DNA of 64,000 nt from Gemmatimonadales bacterium (GTDB lineage Bacteria; Gemmatimonadota; Gemmatimonadetes; Gemmatimonadales; JACORV01). The position numbers were made by a program, and so were the translations under genes. The notes beneath the pieces were generated by a model, which had not been told where the DNA came from, did not search any database, and saw only the letters and a program-made list of their open reading frames with translations. Location: assembly GCA_035502185.1 (NCBI GenBank), contig DATJUT010000011.1:17228-81227 (forward strand), given 5' to 3'. This document shows positions 26,673 through 36,288 of this stretch, piece after piece; position 1 is the first letter of the stretch, and each line of letters starts with the position of its first letter.

Positions 26673-28123
26673 TGCGGCGGCCCGGCGGGGCGTGGCTCGC
26701 CTGCTGCGCCGCCGCGCTGCTGGCGGCCTGTGACCCCGGGACGCCCTGGCGCCCGCCGGCGCGGACGCCCGCGTCCGGCCCGCTGCGCGTCTCCGCGCGG
26801 AACCCCCGCTACTTCGCCGACCCGTCGGGCCGCATCGTGCTGCTCGCCGGGGACCACGACTGGACCGACTTTCAGGACTACGGCTACGGCGACCCGCCGC
26901 CGCGGTTCGACTACGGCGCGTTTCTCGACACGCTGGCGGGCTACCGGGAGAACTTCTTCCGGCTGTGGCGGTGGGAGCAGGCGACCTGGCAGACCGAGGT
27001 CCGCGAGCCCTACTACTTCGCGCCGCAGCCCTACCTGCGCACCGGCCCCGGCCTCGCCAACGACGGCAAGCCGAAGTTCGACCTCACCCGCTTCGACCAG
27101 TCGTACTTCGACCGCATGCGCGAGCGGATCGTGGAGGCGGGCCGGCGTGGCATCTACGTGTCGGTGATGCTGTTCGACGGCTGGAGCGTGGCGCCGATCG
27201 GCGCCGGCCTCGGGAATCCGTGGCGCGGCCATCCCTACAACCGCGCCAACAACGTCAACGGCGTGGACGGGGACCCCGCGGGCACCGGCTCCGGGAACGC
27301 GGCGCACACGCTCCTGGTGCCGGCCGTGGTGCGCTTCGAGGAGCAGTACGTCGCCAAGGTGGTCGAGACGGTGGGCGACCTCGACAACGTGCTGTACGAG
27401 GTCTCCAACGAGAGCCCGCCCGGGTCCGCGCCGTGGCAGTACCACATGATCACGTTCGTCAAGTCGCTGGAGGCGCGGCGGCCCGAGCAACACCCCGTGG
27501 GGATGACGGCGACGTTCGAGGGCGACGACTCGGTGCTGTGGGCGAGCCCGGCCGACTGGATCTCGCCCAGCGCGCCGAAGGGCGCGATGGAGGCGCCGCC
27601 GCCGGCCGACGGGCGCAAGGTGGTGCTGTGGGACACCGACCACTTCTGCGGCGTGTGCGGCGATCGCGTCATCCCGTGGGCCGCGCTGACGCGCGGGGCG
27701 AATCCCGTCTTCATGGACCCGTTCGACCGCACGGCACCGGAGATGGACGCGGACCTGCGGCCGGTGGGCTACGATCCGCACGCGCCGAACTGGGACGAGA
27801 TGCGCCGCAACCTCGGCTACGCGCTCGCCTACGGCGACCGCCTCGGCCTCGCGCGGGCGGTTCCCTCGCCCGCCGCCTGCTCCACGGGCTTCTGCCTCGT
27901 GGTCCCGGCGCCCGGCGCGCGGTACCTCGTCTACGCACCGCGCCGCGGCCCCGTCACCGTGGACCTCACGGCGACGCCGGGACGCTTCGATGTCGAGTGG
28001 CTCAGCCCCAAGACGGGGCACGTGGTGCTGGGGGCGCGCACCGACGGGGGCGCGCGGCGGACGTTCGCGCCGCCGTTCCTGCGGGATGCGGTGTTGTACC
28101 TATCGGAGGAGGCGGCGCGCTAG
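26672..28123 (+). CDS. Lipoprotein, TIM-barrel glycoside-hydrolase-like (clan GH-A style NE motif)
   Basis: This is the 3' part of tracked ORF 24818..28123. It begins MRRPGGAWLACCAAALLAAC (lipobox) and contains LYEVSNESPPGS. There is a TGATG overlap with the flippase-2 stop. The family assignment is tentative. Confidence 0.6.
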   Translation: MRRPGGAWLACCAAALLAACDPGTPWRPPARTPASGPLRVSARNPRYFADPSGRIVLLAGDHDWTDFQDYGYGDPPPRFDYGAFLDTLAGYRENFFRLWRWEQATWQTEVREPYYFAPQPYLRTGPGLANDGKPKFDLTRFDQSYFDRMRERIVEAGRRGIYVSVMLFDGWSVAPIGAGLGNPWRGHPYNRANNVNGVDGDPAGTGSGNAAHTLLVPAVVRFEEQYVAKVVETVGDLDNVLYEVSNESPPGSAPWQYHMITFVKSLEARRPEQHPVGMTATFEGDDSVLWASPADWISPSAPKGAMEAPPPADGRKVVLWDTDHFCGVCGDRVIPWAALTRGANPVFMDPFDRTAPEMDADLRPVGYDPHAPNWDEMRRNLGYALAYGDRLGLARAVPSPAACSTGFCLVVPAPGARYLVYAPRRGPVTVDLTATPGRFDVEWLSPKTGHVVLGARTDGGARRTFAPPFLRDAVLYLSEEAAR

Positions 28124-28153
28124 CGCCGCCGGGAGGCGCCGGGTCCCGCGCCC

Positions 28154-30292
28154 CTAGTGCTTCACCAGGTCGGCGGGCGACCTCGGCTTGAGCGTCCAGG
28201 TGCCCGAGCCGGTGGGCACGAGTATCCCGACGATGTCGAACACGTTGCTGACCACGTACACGCCCGGGACGACGAACCCGCCCAAGGCATCCAGGACGAC
28301 CGTGAGGTTCCCGCTGCCGTCCGAGACGGTCATCGTGTAGTTGCCCAGGACCAGGGCGGTCGCGCTCACCGTGGCGTTCAGCACCAGCACGAGCTGCGCG
28401 TCGCGCGTCCCGCCCACCGCGTTCGCCGCCGCCGCCGTGGTCAGCGTCGGCGCCGCCGGGAAGAGCCCGCGCCCGAGCGCCGTCGCGGTGCCGCCGTCCA
28501 GCGTCGGCTGGCCGCTCCGCGTGGACGTCACGCCCTGCACGCGCACGGAGTCGCCCGCCGCGACGGTGGTCCGCAGCCGCGTCAGCCGGATCGCCCCCGA
28601 CGTGTCGGCCAGGCTCACGGTGGTATCCGAGTAGGTGCTCGAGCTGTTGAGCGCCGTGCCGATCACCGTCACCGTCAGTCCCGGCCCGAGCAACCGCGCC
28701 GCCCGGATGCTGATGGGCGTCGGCGGAATCAGGGTCAGGTCCGCGGACGACCGCGGCCTCAGCTGCCACACGCCGGGGCCGGTGGCCGCCAGCACCCCCA
28801 GCAGGTTGAACTTGGCGCCCGGCACGTACTTCCCGGGCAGCTGGGCAGGCTGGAAGGCCGCGTCGGCGGTCCCGTCCAGCTGGACCTGCAGCGGCCCGCT
28901 GCCGTCGCTCACGGTGAGCAGGAAGCTGGTCGAGGTGCGCGACGTGTCGGTGATCGTCGCGTTGTTCACGATCACCATCTGGGCGTCGCGGGCGCCGCCG
29001 GCCGCGCCCGCGGCGACGAAGGTCGTCAGCGTCGCCGCCGTGGGGAAGAAGCCGCGACCCAGGGCGGTGGTCGTGCCGCCGTCGAGGGTCGGCTGGCCGT
29101 TGCGGCTGGCCGTCGTGCCCCGGACCCGCACCGAGTCCCCCGCCGTCACCGTCGTGCGCAGCCGGGTCAGCCGGATCGCGCCCGAGGTGTCGGCGATGAA
29201 CACGCTGCTGTCGGCGAAGGTCGTGGAGCCGTTGAGCGCGACGCCGACGACCGACGCCGTCCGGCCGGTGGGGAGCAGGCGCGCGGCGGCGATGCTGATC
29301 ACCGGGGGTGGAATCAGGCTCGCGTCCACGGCCGAGCGCGGCCGCAGCCGCCAGGTTCCCGTCCCCGTGGGCACCAGGACGCCGAGCAGGTTGAAGCTGC
29401 TCCCCGGCACGAAGTTGCCCGGGAGGTTCACCGTCGTGAACGCCGGATCGGCCGTCTGGTCCAGCTGTACCACCAGCGATCCGCTGGCGTCGGCCACGGT
29501 CAGCACGAAGCTCTGGGGCGTCCGGGCCGTGTCGGTGACGGTGACGCCACTCACGCTCACCAGCTGGGCGTCCAGGGTGCCGCCGGCGGCCGCCGCCGCC
29601 GCCGCCGCCGTCAGGCCCGTGGCGGTCGGGAGGTGCCCCGGCCCCAGCGCGAACACGGTCGGGTCGTTCAGCACCGGCTGGCTGTCGCGCACGCCGAGGG
29701 TGCCGAGCAGCCGCAGGCTGTCGCCCGCCGCGAAGGCGGAGCGCGCGCGCGCCACCCGGAGGCCGCCGGACGTGTCGGCGATGTCGGTCGTCGTGTCGGC
29801 GAACGCCGTGCCGGACGCGAGGGCGACGCCGACCACGAAGACCTTGCGGCCGGCCGGCAGCGCCCGCGCCTGCGCCATCGTCACCAGCGGGCGGCCGGCC
29901 AGGACGTTGATCCGCGAGGTGGCACCGGGCGCCACCGTGAAGGTCTGGCTGTCGGTCCGCACCAGCACCAGGGTGTCGGCGAAGGTCGTGGTATCGAGCA
30001 CCAGCGAGTAGTCGCCCACGGGAACCGCGCTGAACACGAAGGTCCCGTTGGCGGCGGTGGTCTGCGTCAGGCCGATGTCCTGCCCGCCGGAGTGCACCAG
30101 CCGCACCTTGACGTGGCCCAGCGAGTCGTCGCCGGCGTCGATCACGCGGGAGCCGTTGGCGTCCAGCAGGACGGCCCCGGTCACCGTCCCGGTGCTGCCG
30201 AGCGACGTGACGTGGTTCTCGCCGGCGTTGGTGCAGCCCAGCACCGCGCCGGCGGCGACGGCCAGGGCCCGGAGCAGCGCGGCGCGCCGCAT
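28154..30292 (-). CDS. Lipoprotein with an N-terminal CarboxypepD_reg-like beta-sandwich and three tandem ~190-aa repeats
   Basis: This is the 3' part of tracked ORF 28154..30619. It begins MRRAALLRALAVAAGAVLGC (lipobox). The repeats end in ...WRLRPRSAVDASLI, ...WQLRPRSSADLTLI and ...WTLKPRSPADLVKH. There is a TGATG overlap with the upstream OMP stop. Confidence 0.75.
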   Translation of the reverse strand: MRRAALLRALAVAAGAVLGCTNAGENHVTSLGSTGTVTGAVLLDANGSRVIDAGDDSLGHVKVRLVHSGGQDIGLTQTTAANGTFVFSAVPVGDYSLVLDTTTFADTLVLVRTDSQTFTVAPGATSRINVLAGRPLVTMAQARALPAGRKVFVVGVALASGTAFADTTTDIADTSGGLRVARARSAFAAGDSLRLLGTLGVRDSQPVLNDPTVFALGPGHLPTATGLTAAAAAAAAGGTLDAQLVSVSGVTVTDTARTPQSFVLTVADASGSLVVQLDQTADPAFTTVNLPGNFVPGSSFNLLGVLVPTGTGTWRLRPRSAVDASLIPPPVISIAAARLLPTGRTASVVGVALNGSTTFADSSVFIADTSGAIRLTRLRTTVTAGDSVRVRGTTASRNGQPTLDGGTTTALGRGFFPTAATLTTFVAAGAAGGARDAQMVIVNNATITDTSRTSTSFLLTVSDGSGPLQVQLDGTADAAFQPAQLPGKYVPGAKFNLLGVLAATGPGVWQLRPRSSADLTLIPPTPISIRAARLLGPGLTVTVIGTALNSSSTYSDTTVSLADTSGAIRLTRLRTTVAAGDSVRVQGVTSTRSGQPTLDGGTATALGRGLFPAAPTLTTAAAANAVGGTRDAQLVLVLNATVSATALVLGNYTMTVSDGSGNLTVVLDALGGFVVPGVYVVSNVFDIVGILVPTGSGTWTLKPRSPADLVKH
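28157..29893 (-). repeat. Three tandem coding repeats of about 580 bp (aa 134-327, 328-522, 523-712 of the lipoprotein)
   Basis: Blocks recur in the protein, for example ADTSGAIRLTRLRTTV(T/A)AGDSVRV and FNLLGVL...TG.G.W.L.PRS. In the DNA the boundary strings gatcaccgggggtggaatcagg (~29.3 kb) and gatgggcgtcggcggaatcagg (~28.7 kb) are about 580 bp apart. Confidence 0.8.
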
Positions 30293-33222
30293 CAGAAGTT
30301 GAACCTCAGGCCCGCCTGCACCGTCGCGCCGGGCGTGCTGCGGGCGAGCACCTTGCCGAAGTTCGGGTTCGCCACCAGCGGCACGGTCACGACGCCCACG
30401 CCGTTGGTGGTGAGCGCCCGGGTCGGATCGATCAGGTACAGGGCCCGGTCGATGACGCCGGTGTTGGTGCTCACCAGGTTGAGGCCGTCGACGACCAGCG
30501 ACAGCGGAGCGTGCACCAGCGTGGACAGGCCGATCACCAGCCGCGCGTCCAGGCTGGTCACCGCCGGCCCGCGGCACGAGTTGCGGGACGCGAACTGCCC
30601 GACCTGCGACTTGAGGCACGACTGCCCGCCCACCACCGCGGCCGCGCCCGACACGGTGTCCGAGACGAAGGCGGGGTCGTTGCCCGCCGCGCCGTCCCCG
30701 TTGGCGTCCACGCCGTCACGGAAACCCGGCGTGAAGGGCAGGCCCGACTGGTACCGCACCAGGCCGGCCAGCTTCACCGAGCCGCTCGACCACTCGAAGC
30801 CCGCGAGCGCGCGGTGCGGCACGTCGAGATCCGACCGCCCGTTCCGCCAGTCGGTGGTGCCGGCGCCGGTCGTGAGCGGCGGCGCCATCTGCGCGTCCGG
30901 CACGCTGCCCCCGAGGCCCGGCAGGTTGTCGGTCGTGTGCGAGAACGTGTAGCTCGCCCACACGCTGAGGCCCTGCTCCCGCAGGCGCTCCAGCGAGATC
31001 GTCAGGCCCCAGTAGTCCGAGGAGCCCGTCGGGTCGAGCGCCCACACGCGGTCGAACGCGCCGAACTGCCGGTTGCTCCCCGGCGTCGCCACCAGCAGGG
31101 AGCCGTCCTGCTGCAGCGTCCCGTAGATCGCGCGGCCGAACTGATCGGTGAACTGCGGGCTGGTGAGGAGGTTCAGGTCGGTGCGCCGCGGCAGGAAGTC
31201 GGTGTGGCGGTACTGGCCGGCGACCTGGACCGACGTCCCGGACGCGAGCGCATGCGCGATGCTGAAGCCGGCCCGGGAGGTCCGCGGTGCCTGGAAGTGC
31301 GAGTTCACGAGGCTCAGCACCGGCCCCGTGATCGGCGCGGCGGTGAAGTCCGGGACGGCCGGCCAGGGGCCGAACACGCCGACGCCGCGCCGCATCTCCG
31401 CGGTGCCGTCGTGGTTGAGGACCTCGGCCAGCACCGAGGGATCGACGCTCTCCGACGCGGTTCCCGCGTCCCCGCGCAGCAGCCAGTCACGCCGGGCGCC
31501 GGCGGACCACACGAACGAGAACCGCGGGTTCACCTGCGTCTTGAGCGACGGGATGCCCTGGTTGGGGATGCCGCTGACCCGGAGCCAATCCGCGTCCGGC
31601 GTGACGCCGCCGGTGGGCCAGTGCTCGCGCTCGAGCCGCAGGCCGACCAGCATGTCGAGGCCCGCGACCGGCGACCACGAGTCCTGGGCGAAGAAGGCGG
31701 TCGCGCTGATGGTGAACGTGGCGTCGGGCACGCCGCCCACCGACTGGACGAACGCGCCGCGGCCGAGGCCGAGATCGGCGGTGCTCCCGAACAGGAACTC
31801 GCCGCTCCGCAACGGATCGTAGGTGATGTCGTGGTTGGTCCAGTCGGCTGCAGCGCCGAACTTGAGCGCGTGGATGCCGAGGCGGTACAGCAGGGCCGCC
31901 GACGCCCGAGTCGCGTCGCGCTCGAACCGGCCGGGCACCGCCCCGTCGGCGCCGGCCGACAGCCCGTCCGCGGTCAGCACGGTGAGCGGCAGCGACGGCG
32001 CGGAGTAGTCGCGCAGGCTGCGATCGATGGCGAGCGACACCTCGGAGCCGAGGCGGGCGTTGAAGCGCGAGTTGAACGCCAGCGAGGCGGAGACGTCGCG
32101 CGCGTCGAGCGAGGTACCGAGTCCGGTGAAGCGCCCCTCGCCGAGGCCGACGTCGCTGGCCGTGGCGTTGGTCACGGCCGCCCGCAGCGCGATCGACTGC
32201 CCGCGCGCGATCTCCCAGTCGAACCGGCCGAAGGCGGTGATCACGTCGGTCTGCTGGGTCAGCGCCTTGAGGTACTCCGAGAGCTGCGGCGCGGCCGCGA
32301 CCACCGCGCTCGCCCCCGTGTCGTCCGGCCACGGCGACTTGAGCGGCGTGTTGATGCGCCGGGCGTCCACCCCGACCAGCCCCCACGCGGTGTCGCGCAC
32401 CACCGGCCCGCCGGCCACCACGGCGCCCCGATACCCGTTGGTGCCGGCGTCGGCGAAGCCCCGCACCTGCCCGGAGCGCGGCCCGCGCGCGCTGAACGCG
32501 CTGAGGAGCTCGCCGCCGATGCCCGGCCACTCGACGTCGGTTCCCGACGCCAGCTCCACGTGCTGCAGGCTCGCCAGCGGCAGCCCCAGCGTCGACCAGT
32601 CGGAACGCGACACGCCGGGGCTCGCCGCCGCGGTCCGCGGAATGCCGTCCACGCCCACCCAGCCGAGCCGGTCCGGGAGTCCCTCCATCGCGAGGCCGCC
32701 CGTGGTGGCCGACGCCAGGGCGGCGACCGACGAGACGCGGCCCAGCGGATCCACCAAATCGGCGAGGTCCGTTCCCGGATCCCACGTCCCGCGGGCGAGC
32801 GACGCGTGGAGCGCGCCCTCGACGAAGGACATCGTATCCGCCTGGGTGACCGGAGGATCCGCCGGCGTGAGCCGCAGGTCGAGCGTGACCACCGCGGCCG
32901 GGCTCACCGACACGTCGAGCACGATCAGCGGGCGGTAGCCCAGGCGCTCGGCCCGGATGTCGTAGCGCCCGGGCAGCAGCGCCGGGCTGCGGTACGCGCC
33001 GAGGCCGTCCGAGAGGACCGACCGCGCCCACGCCGTGGCGTGGTGCGTCATCGTGACGCGAACTCCCGCGATGATCTGACCGGAGGTGGAGACCGCGGCG
33101 CCGCGGATGGCGCCCGTCGTGACCGTCTGCGCCCGGGCTCCGGGAGCGGCCACGAGGCCGATCGCGATCGCACCCGCGATGGCCGGCACCATCCACTCCC
33201 GTGACAGGCGCGGCAAGCTCAT
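30292..33222 (-). CDS. Outer-membrane beta-barrel protein, TonB-dependent-receptor-like with an N-terminal CarboxypepD_reg domain
   Basis: Tracked ORF 30292..33306; the start is taken at MSLPRLSREWMVPAIAGAIAIGLVAAPGARAQ (signal peptide). It contains GVRVTMTH...LLPGRYDIRAERLGY (Cna/CarboxypepD-like). The C-terminus GLRFNF ends in an aromatic residue, as in OMP barrels. Confidence 0.7.
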   Translation of the reverse strand: MSLPRLSREWMVPAIAGAIAIGLVAAPGARAQTVTTGAIRGAAVSTSGQIIAGVRVTMTHHATAWARSVLSDGLGAYRSPALLPGRYDIRAERLGYRPLIVLDVSVSPAAVVTLDLRLTPADPPVTQADTMSFVEGALHASLARGTWDPGTDLADLVDPLGRVSSVAALASATTGGLAMEGLPDRLGWVGVDGIPRTAAASPGVSRSDWSTLGLPLASLQHVELASGTDVEWPGIGGELLSAFSARGPRSGQVRGFADAGTNGYRGAVVAGGPVVRDTAWGLVGVDARRINTPLKSPWPDDTGASAVVAAAPQLSEYLKALTQQTDVITAFGRFDWEIARGQSIALRAAVTNATASDVGLGEGRFTGLGTSLDARDVSASLAFNSRFNARLGSEVSLAIDRSLRDYSAPSLPLTVLTADGLSAGADGAVPGRFERDATRASAALLYRLGIHALKFGAAADWTNHDITYDPLRSGEFLFGSTADLGLGRGAFVQSVGGVPDATFTISATAFFAQDSWSPVAGLDMLVGLRLEREHWPTGGVTPDADWLRVSGIPNQGIPSLKTQVNPRFSFVWSAGARRDWLLRGDAGTASESVDPSVLAEVLNHDGTAEMRRGVGVFGPWPAVPDFTAAPITGPVLSLVNSHFQAPRTSRAGFSIAHALASGTSVQVAGQYRHTDFLPRRTDLNLLTSPQFTDQFGRAIYGTLQQDGSLLVATPGSNRQFGAFDRVWALDPTGSSDYWGLTISLERLREQGLSVWASYTFSHTTDNLPGLGGSVPDAQMAPPLTTGAGTTDWRNGRSDLDVPHRALAGFEWSSGSVKLAGLVRYQSGLPFTPGFRDGVDANGDGAAGNDPAFVSDTVSGAAAVVGGQSCLKSQVGQFASRNSCRGPAVTSLDARLVIGLSTLVHAPLSLVVDGLNLVSTNTGVIDRALYLIDPTRALTTNGVGVVTVPLVANPNFGKVLARSTPGATVQAGLRFNF

Positions 33223-33290
33223 TGGTCCGGGCAAACTTAGAGCCGGGGACCCAAAGGGGCAATGCGCCGCCCGGGAGCAGGCGCGGCAAC

Positions 33291-33896
33291 GTGACGCAGG
33301 ATACATTCGTGGCTGTGGCGCCCGAAGAGCTGCCGTCCCCGCCGCGCACCGCGCCGAACTTGCCCGGGCGCGTACTGCACTGGTGGCGGCGCCGGACGGC
33401 CCTGCGACGCCTGTCCCGGCGTCCTCACCCGCCCCCGCTGCTGTTCCTCTGCCACGGCAACCTGTGCCGCAGCCCGTTCGCCGCGGGCGTGGCGCGCCAG
33501 CTGCTCCCCTCGTGGGTCGACGTCGCCTCGGCCGGGTTCCTGGCGCCGGGACGCCGTTCGCCGCCCGAGGCGCTCGCGGCCGCGGGCGAGTTCGGCGTCG
33601 ACCTCTCGGCTCACCGCTCGGAGATCCTGACCGTCGACCATCTTCGCAACACGGACCTCGTGGTGGTGATGGACCGCGACCAGCGCCGCCGCCTCGTCAC
33701 CATGCAGCCCGCCCTCGCGAGCCGCGTCGTGCTCCTCGGCGACCTCGATCCCGTGCCCACGGCCGAGCGCGACGTGCCGGACCCCGTCAACCAGCCGCTC
33801 GACGCATTTCGCTCAGCCTACGGCCGCATTCACCGCTGCGTCCGCGCCCTCGCCGGCGCGTGGAGCCAGCAAGCCGGCACCCAGCCCCGCGGCTGA
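33291..33896 (+). CDS. Low-molecular-weight protein tyrosine phosphatase
   Basis: Tracked ORF 33201..33896. It has the C(X)5R(S) P-loop LLFLCHGNLCRSP and a DP motif (VPDPV). I prefer in-frame GTG 33291, because ATG 33201 would overlap the divergent OMP start. The start is uncertain. Confidence 0.8.
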   Translation: MTQDTFVAVAPEELPSPPRTAPNLPGRVLHWWRRRTALRRLSRRPHPPPLLFLCHGNLCRSPFAAGVARQLLPSWVDVASAGFLAPGRRSPPEALAAAGEFGVDLSAHRSEILTVDHLRNTDLVVVMDRDQRRRLVTMQPALASRVVLLGDLDPVPTAERDVPDPVNQPLDAFRSAYGRIHRCVRALAGAWSQQAGTQPRG

Positions 33897-35018
33897 GGCC
33901 GCGAGCTGCGCGGCCGGCGTGGGCAGCAGACCCACCACCGGCGCCAGCGCGGCGACGCCGCCCAGCGCGACGAGCGCCGTCACGGCGCCCGCGCCGTTCC
34001 TCCTCACCAGCAGTCCCACCGGCAGCAGGAGCAGCGCCGCGAACCCGCAGTCGAGCGCAGCCTCCGCGGCGGCCGGCAGGCCGGGGACGAAGCGCACCAG
34101 CGCCCACGCCCGCCCGGCCGGATAGCCCAGGCCGCAGCGCTCGCGGCCGTCGAGCGCGAGGCAGTAGCCGGATCTCCCGCGGCGCGCCTCCAGCGCGAGC
34201 GTGTCGCCCGGACGGGCGGCCGCGAGCGCGCCGCGCCACCGCAGGTCCGGCTGAAAGAGACCCAGGTCCGCCGCCCGACGGCGCACCCGGAGCACCAGGT
34301 CGTCGCGGTCCGCCCCCACGACCAGGATCTCCCGGTAGGCGGAGTCGGCGACGCTGAACAGCGGCGCGAGCCGCGCGGTGCGCGGACCCGCGACGGCCCG
34401 CACGACCAGCGGCTCGCCCGCCGCCAGGCGCTCGCGCGCCCCACGCGAATCGTCGAGACGCCCGTCGCCGAGCGGCGTGCCGCCGAGGGCGACGCTCAGC
34501 AGCCGGCCCCGGTACCACTCGAACTGCCCCAGCGCCGCCGTCCACTGGCCGTACCAGACGGTCGGGGGCAGGCTCGGGCGCAGGGCGAAGCCGGTGGCCG
34601 CGATCACCGCCCAGGCGGCCGCAGCGGCGAGCAGCCCGGCGCGCGCGGAGCGGCGCGCGGCCCACCGGCGCCGCGCGAGCACGACCAGCGCCGCGCCCAG
34701 CGTGGCCGCGACGACGTCGCCCAGGGTGGAGTCGCGGCCCGGGATGGCCAGCTGCGCGATCTCGATCAGCGCCGCGAGGAGGAACGCGGCCGCCACGATC
34801 CGCCGGCCGGCCACGCCGGACCACACGAGCCCGGCGGCGAGCGGCACGAACAGCAGCACGTTGGCGATGAAGTCGGACAGGCCGAGGTCGCCGCACAGCA
34901 GGCACCAGCGGAACGTCCCGGCATCGGGGCCGGCCGCCGGCGTGAGCGTGAGGCCCAGGACCAGAGCGAGTCCCGCCGCGGCGACCGCGACGCCGATCGC
35001 GCGCCGTCCGCCGATCAC
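33813..35018 (-). CDS. VanZ-like membrane protein with a C-terminal domain of unknown function
   Basis: This is the 3' part of tracked ORF 33813..36374. It contains LSDFIANVLLFVPLAAGL and IEIAQLAIPGRDSTLGDV (VanZ-like) and several hydrophobic helices. The GTG 35018 start is tentative. Confidence 0.6.
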   Translation of the reverse strand: MIGGRRAIGVAVAAAGLALVLGLTLTPAAGPDAGTFRWCLLCGDLGLSDFIANVLLFVPLAAGLVWSGVAGRRIVAAAFLLAALIEIAQLAIPGRDSTLGDVVAATLGAALVVLARRRWAARRSARAGLLAAAAAWAVIAATGFALRPSLPPTVWYGQWTAALGQFEWYRGRLLSVALGGTPLGDGRLDDSRGARERLAAGEPLVVRAVAGPRTARLAPLFSVADSAYREILVVGADRDDLVLRVRRRAADLGLFQPDLRWRGALAAARPGDTLALEARRGRSGYCLALDGRERCGLGYPAGRAWALVRFVPGLPAAAEAALDCGFAALLLLPVGLLVRRNGAGAVTALVALGGVAALAPVVGLLPTPAAQLAASAAGLGAGLLAPRAGEGADAAVNAAVG

Positions 35019-35056
35019 GGCGCGCGCCTGGTTCGGCCGGGGCCGGAACCCATCGT

Positions 35057-36283
35057 CTACGGGCGGGCGGGTGCGGCCGGCAGGGGGCCGGGCGCGAACG
35101 CCACCACCCGGGGATGGAGGTTCGCGATCCCCCGCACGTCGCGGTCGGCCGCGACGATCAGCGACGCGGCGGGGAACCAGCGATCGTACTCCCGCTGGAC
35201 GTCGTAGCGGACCAGGGCCGCTCCGACGTGGAAGGTGCCGGGCGCGAGGTGCAGGTCGAGCTCCACCGAGCAGTGGAAGGACTCGCCGGCCGGGAGGCTG
35301 ATGGCCTCCAGGCCGAGCCGCTGGGTGGAGGTGTCGAACACCCCGACCGCGCTCCCGTCCTGCAGGTACAGGGTGACGGACATCCGGTCGCAGGCCGTGC
35401 GTGCGGCGATCTCCACGTCCACCCACGCGCGCTCGCCGGACTGGAATACCGTGCGCGGGCCGTCGGCGCCGCGGACGGCGACGCGCGCCACGTACGCGTC
35501 GCGGCCTTCCACGTCGTGGCGGCCGGCGAGCGCGCCGACCAGGTACGCCTCGACCACCCGCTCCGGCTCGCCCGCCGCGGCGACCCGGCCGTGGTCGAGC
35601 AGGAGCGCCCGGCTGCACAGGTCGGTCACCGCGCGCAGGTTGTGCGACACGAACACCACCGTGGTGCCCTGGCGGATCACCTCGCGCATCCGCTCCATGC
35701 AGCGCCGCTGGAAGACGAGGTCGCCGACGCTGAGGACCTCGTCCACCAGGAGCACGTCGGGATCCACGTGCGCCGCGACGGAGAACCCGAGGCGGGCGAA
35801 CATCCCCGACGAGTAGCGCTTCACCGGCGTGTCCATGAACTCCTCGAGGCCCGAGAACGCGACGATCGCGTCGAACCGGCGGCGGATGTCCTCGCGCGCC
35901 ATCCCGAGGATGGTGCCGTAGAGGAACACGTTCTCGCGCCCGGTGAGGTCGGGATGGAACCCGGCGCTGACCTCGATCAGCGCCGAGAGCCGGCCATGGA
36001 TGCGCACCGCGCCGCGCGTGGGCCGCAGGATGCCGCCCAGCAGCTTGAGGAGGGTGCTCTTGCCCGCGCCGTTGCCGCCCACCACGCCGAGCGCCTCGCC
36101 GCGGCCCACGGCGAACGACACGTCGTGCAGCGCCCAGAACTCGCGGGCCGCCAGCTCCGGCGGCGGGCCCCGGCGCACCACGCGGCGCACCAGCGCGGGC
36201 ACCAGGTCGCGGAGCGAATCGTGCAGCTCGCCGCGGCGGAACTTCTTGGAGACGCGCTCGACCTCGACGGTGGTGTCGACCAT
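35057..36283 (-). CDS. ABC transporter ATP-binding protein, Wzt/TagH-type, with a ~160-aa C-terminal extension
   Basis: This is the 3' part of tracked ORF 35057..36643. It begins MVDTTVEVERVSKKF and contains GVVGGNGAGKSTLL (Walker A), YSSGMFARLGF (signature-like) and LLVDEVLSVGD (Walker B). A beta-rich tail follows (VDVEIAAR...SVELDLHLAPGTFHVGAALV). Confidence 0.9.
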   Translation of the reverse strand: MVDTTVEVERVSKKFRRGELHDSLRDLVPALVRRVVRRGPPPELAAREFWALHDVSFAVGRGEALGVVGGNGAGKSTLLKLLGGILRPTRGAVRIHGRLSALIEVSAGFHPDLTGRENVFLYGTILGMAREDIRRRFDAIVAFSGLEEFMDTPVKRYSSGMFARLGFSVAAHVDPDVLLVDEVLSVGDLVFQRRCMERMREVIRQGTTVVFVSHNLRAVTDLCSRALLLDHGRVAAAGEPERVVEAYLVGALAGRHDVEGRDAYVARVAVRGADGPRTVFQSGERAWVDVEIAARTACDRMSVTLYLQDGSAVGVFDTSTQRLGLEAISLPAGESFHCSVELDLHLAPGTFHVGAALVRYDVQREYDRWFPAASLIVAADRDVRGIANLHPRVVAFAPGPLPAAPARP

Positions 36284-36288
36284 CGGGC

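Noticed and set aside
29585-29612. (GCC)n simple repeat, and similarly the (GGC/GGG)n run at about 45330..45357
   Set aside because: Both lie inside coding regions and simply encode poly-Ala and poly-Gly linkers of the repeat lipoprotein and the Ig/lyase lipoprotein. They are not independent repeat features, though they could be slippage-prone.
33201-33290. ATG 33201 as the start of the LMW phosphatase
   Set aside because: It would add about 30 non-conserved residues and overlap the divergently transcribed OMP start codon region (33222). The in-frame GTG at 33291 still precedes the CX5R P-loop with a reasonable N-terminal segment. This remains uncertain.
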